From Armatimonadota bacterium (lineage in GTDB: Bacteria > Armatimonadota > Chthonomonadetes > Chthonomonadales > Chthonomonadaceae), in contig JAPLCR010000601.1 in NCBI GenBank assembly GCA_026392135.1, forward strand, positions 1-37,490: a DNA stretch of 37,490 nucleotides, given 5' to 3'. Of this stretch, positions 34,825-37,490 are shown piece after piece. Below the pieces are notes generated by a model. That model saw only the letters and a list, made by a program, of their open reading frames with translations, was not told the origin of the DNA and searched no databases. Within the stretch, counting starts at the first letter, position 1. Each line of letters begins with the position of its first letter. The translations under genes were made by a program, and so were the position numbers.

Positions 34825-36291
34825 ATGCTATACATTCCTGGTCAACAAGGTAAGATGTGCGATAGTCTCACGCGACGCGAGATTTTAGAGGTAGGCGGCG
34901 CGTCCATGCTAGGTCTGGCTCTCCCTGCTCTTCTGGAGCAACAAGCCCGTGCCGACTCGAAGCCGGCTTCGGCGGGTGCAAAACCCGGTTGGAAAAAGGC
35001 GAAATCGGTCATTCTTATCTACCTACAAGGCGGACCCAGCCACATAGACATCTGGGATCCAAAGCCGGATGCGCCCGAAAACGTGCGTGGGCTTTTCAAG
35101 CCTATTCGCACTAATGTACCGGGCATATGGCTCTCGGAGACCATGCCGCTACTGGCACAGCAGATGGACAAAGCGACTCTTATTCGCTCTGTCTCCTACA
35201 CCCCGAACGGGCTGTTCAATCACACTGCTGCCATGTATCAGATGCTGACGGGTGAACAGGCGGACAGAGTCTCTCCTTCCGGGCAGTTAGAGCCGCCCAC
35301 ACCCTCCGACTATCCTAACGTCGGCTCTCACGTCTCGAAGTTCCTGCCGCCGGATGTACCGATGCTCCCGTTTGTAATGCTTCCGCGCCCTTTGCAGGAG
35401 AGCAATATTATCGGGAAAGCGGGAACCGCAGGGTTTCTTGGCAAAGCCTACGACCCCTACTACCTCTATCCTTCCGGTGAAGATACCGACCAGAAGAAGA
35501 TGGACAAAATAACGCTGGACGACCTGACGCTGAGGGCAGATGTCTCTCGGACGCGCCTCGAGCGCCGCGCAAAACTTCGCACAGTGATAGATTCGGGGAT
35601 GCCTGCTCTTGAAAAGGCTGTCAGCACGTTCGCACTCGACTCGTACTACGAGAAGGCACTGGGGCTAATACTTTCGGGGCACGCGAGAGAGGCGTTCGAC
35701 CTTACCAAAGAGTCGGACAAAGTGCGCGACCGCTACGGGCGGCACACCTTCGGACAGTCGACGCTGATAGCGCGTCGGCTAATTCAGGCGGGAACCCGCT
35801 TCGTTCAGGTGAACTGGCCCTCTGTGGCGAACGGCGACCCGAATACCACCGCATGGGACACGCACGCCGCGAACTTTGGTCCCCTCAAAAACCTACACTG
35901 CCCTAAGTTAGACAGTGCCCTCTCTGCACTTCTGGAAGACCTTAGCCAGAAGGGGATGCTACAAGATACGCTCGTACTAGCAGTCGGAGAGTTCGGACGC
36001 TCACCGCGCATGGGGGTCAGCACCTCCGGCAACGGCAATGCTCCCGACGGGCGCGACCACTGGCCCTACTGCTATACTGCGCTTATCGCGGGCGGCGGCG
36101 TGCCGGGCGGGCGCGTCTTCGGAAAGTCGGACGCGACAGGCTCCACCCCCGTAGAGAACGCCGTACACCCCACCGACCTTCTCGCGACGGTCTACCACAC
36201 GCTCGGCATTGCGCCGGAGACGATTATCTACAACCACCTGAACCAGCCCCGCGAACTGGTGAAGGGGAAGGTCGTAACCGGGCTGTTCTAG
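34825..36291 (+). CDS. DUF1501 (sulfatase-fold) protein, Tat-secreted
   Basis: 488 aa with a Tat-like [22 protein letters not shown]. It also has [29 protein letters not shown] and [17 protein letters not shown]. It is the canonical partner downstream of DUF1549/DUF1553 genes. Confidence 0.8.
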   Translation: MLYIPGQQGKMCDSLTRREILEVGGASMLGLALPALLEQQARADSKPASAGAKPGWKKAKSVILIYLQGGPSHIDIWDPKPDAPENVRGLFKPIRTNVPGIWLSETMPLLAQQMDKATLIRSVSYTPNGLFNHTAAMYQMLTGEQADRVSPSGQLEPPTPSDYPNVGSHVSKFLPPDVPMLPFVMLPRPLQESNIIGKAGTAGFLGKAYDPYYLYPSGEDTDQKKMDKITLDDLTLRADVSRTRLERRAKLRTVIDSGMPALEKAVSTFALDSYYEKALGLILSGHAREAFDLTKESDKVRDRYGRHTFGQSTLIARRLIQAGTRFVQVNWPSVANGDPNTTAWDTHAANFGPLKNLHCPKLDSALSALLEDLSQKGMLQDTLVLAVGEFGRSPRMGVSTSGNGNAPDGRDHWPYCYTALIAGGGVPGGRVFGKSDATGSTPVENAVHPTDLLATVYHTLGIAPETIIYNHLNQPRELVKGKVVTGLF

Positions 36292-36328
36292 GAAAATAAG
36301 ACGACCCCTGCAAAGGAGGGCGAACGCG

Positions 36329-37490
36329 ATGCGAAGACCCGTTATCTGCCTATGCGCTTTTATGATGACGTGGACGTTTGCGTCCCGCACGCCCTCCTTT
36401 GGCATGATTATGTCTACTTTAACGACAGAAGAGACTCCCCCTAAAAAGCTTATCGACAACCTGCAAGCCTATATTAAAAAGCACCCCAAAGACGCCGCAA
36501 CTCACTACGAGTTGGGGCGGGTTTATAGCGTCTTATACGCCTCGAATAAAAAAAGCCTCCAAGCCGCTTTTCGGTCTATTGACGGCAAATCGCTGAAACG
36601 GGGCGTTATGCAGATGGGATATGAGGACTTTGGAAATCCTCTCTATCCTGACAAGGGAGCCGCCGTCTCCCTCCCAAAACAGGAGCAGGAGAAGTTCCTG
36701 CGGCTCTCGCTAGAGTGTTACATGAAGTCCCTTAATTTTGGAACCCCTCACCCTAAGCAAGAACGCTTTTTTGAGGCAAAGTATTCGTATTCTCTGTTAG
36801 GATATGGCTGGATGCTGGAACAAGGCATGAAATTCGCAAAGACGCTTCCCGCGATATTCAAGGATCCTCCGGCGATTGCGACGGAGGAGGAGTGGCGAAA
36901 CGAGGCGCTGAAGGCGTTGCGCCGAGTCTACAAGGAGTATGCGCCTTCTCGAAAAAGGCCGTTGCACATTCTAGGGGGTTTCCAGATACCCGCTCGAGAG
37001 GCGGCGGCGAGCATCGTGCGTCTTCAAGAAAAACGCACCGACACGCAATCTAAACAAGAGACGGCGGCGCTTAAAACGTGGTTGCGAGAGGCGGAAGGAG
37101 TCAGTCGTTCCATCAGCCCCATCATCTTCCCTATGAACGGGTGCCATACGCTCTCCCAACTCGTCGCGCCGCACAGAGCGGTTCGCTTCGACCTGATGGG
37201 CGACAGAATGGGAACGCGCTGGAGTTGGGTGAACGCACGAGCGGGGATTCTGGTGTGGGATCCTCTGCATAACGGGCTCGTTCGCTCCGGCTATCAACTC
37301 TTCGGGAATGTGACATGGTGTATGATATGGAAGTACGGGTACGCGCCGTTAGCCCGACTGGACGCGAATGGGGACGGCTGGCTGACAGGCAAGGAGTTGG
37401 AGGGTATCGCGGTCTGGCAAGATAAGAACGGGAATGGCGTTTCGGACAGGGGAGAGGTTATGCCATTGAGCAGGTTGGGAGTTGCCCGTA
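36329..37490 (+). CDS. secreted hypothetical protein with two EF-hand-type Ca-binding loops (3' end outside the window)
   Basis: ATG 36329 sits behind AAAGGAGGG (36312-36320), and the frame stays open to the window end, so it is absent from the stop-delimited ORF track. It has a signal-like N-terminus (MRRPVICLCAFMMTWTFA). The canonical 12-residue loops are DANGDGWLTGKE (37361-37396) and DKNGNGVSDRGE (37421-37456). Confidence 0.6.
   Translation, partial: MRRPVICLCAFMMTWTFASRTPSFGMIMSTLTTEETPPKKLIDNLQAYIKKHPKDAATHYELGRVYSVLYASNKKSLQAAFRSIDGKSLKRGVMQMGYEDFGNPLYPDKGAAVSLPKQEQEKFLRLSLECYMKSLNFGTPHPKQERFFEAKYSYSLLGYGWMLEQGMKFAKTLPAIFKDPPAIATEEEWRNEALKALRRVYKEYAPSRKRPLHILGGFQIPAREAAASIVRLQEKRTDTQSKQETAALKTWLREAEGVSRSISPIIFPMNGCHTLSQLVAPHRAVRFDLMGDRMGTRWSWVNARAGILVWDPLHNGLVRSGYQLFGNVTWCMIWKYGYAPLARLDANGDGWLTGKELEGIAVWQDKNGNGVSDRGEVMPLSRLGVAR

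Noticed and set aside
36971-37316. Minus- and plus-strand short ORFs (36971-37297, 37078-37272, 37131-37316) near the window end
   Set aside because: They are nested within the long open frame 36329-37490 (+), which has a strong RBS, a signal peptide and EF-hand loops. Their translations are Arg/Ser/Pro-rich shadow sequence.
1-37490. CRISPR arrays, tRNA/rRNA genes, integrases or transposases, and prophage structural genes
   Set aside because: No regularly spaced direct repeats are visible. No tRNA-like T-arm/acceptor pattern occurs in any intergenic gap. No recombinase-like translation appears in any frame of the ORF track.

Overview
This is a single-replicon bacterial chromosomal window. 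I found no rRNA, tRNA, CRISPR array or transposase by eye.

Layout:
- 1-5690 (+) holds the tail of the ribosomal 'alpha' operon: infA-rpmJ-rpsM-rpsK-rpsD-rpoA-rplQ-truA-rplM-rpsI. It ends in a clear intrinsic terminator.
- 5812-7610 lies directly behind that terminator. It is a translationally coupled two-gene cassette: an ABC/SMC-type AAA_21-like ATPase plus a 185-aa protein with a TOPRIM-like E...DxD...ExE-W motif pattern. This resembles PARIS, AbiL, DUF4276 pairs or a split OLD nuclease. It is my best candidate for an uncharacterised defence system.
- 7649-14314 (+) carries housekeeping and accessory genes: deoB, a Tat-secreted glycosidase-like protein, trpE, larE, larB and a PhyH dioxygenase.
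- 14396-24267 (-) carries a TlpA-like redoxin, a DUF3472-like protein, and a tightly overlapping seven-gene string: cdaA, cdaR, a membrane protein, DUF4129, DUF4350, MoxR and a GT4 glycosyltransferase.
- 24514-37490 (+) carries a LysM-SH3-NlpC/P60 hydrolase, a PTP-like protein and a beta-lactamase-fold hydrolase. It also has a type II R-M pair (C5-cytosine methyltransferase plus BsuBI/PstI-family endonuclease) and a pspA/IM30 gene with a J-like partner. After an ankyrin remnant come a PSCyt/DUF1553 + DUF1501 pair and a 3'-truncated EF-hand protein.

Notable oddities:
- rpoA, the NlpC/P60 gene and the methyltransferase each have a reading frame broken exactly inside a conserved motif.
- I could not find a single CTGCAG, the PstI/BsuBI site, anywhere in the window.

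Taxon: the PSCyt/DUF1501 pair and the gene order suggest Armatimonadota or a PVC-like lineage, but I cannot verify this. All calls rest on reading the translations and on motif memory; no searches were run.
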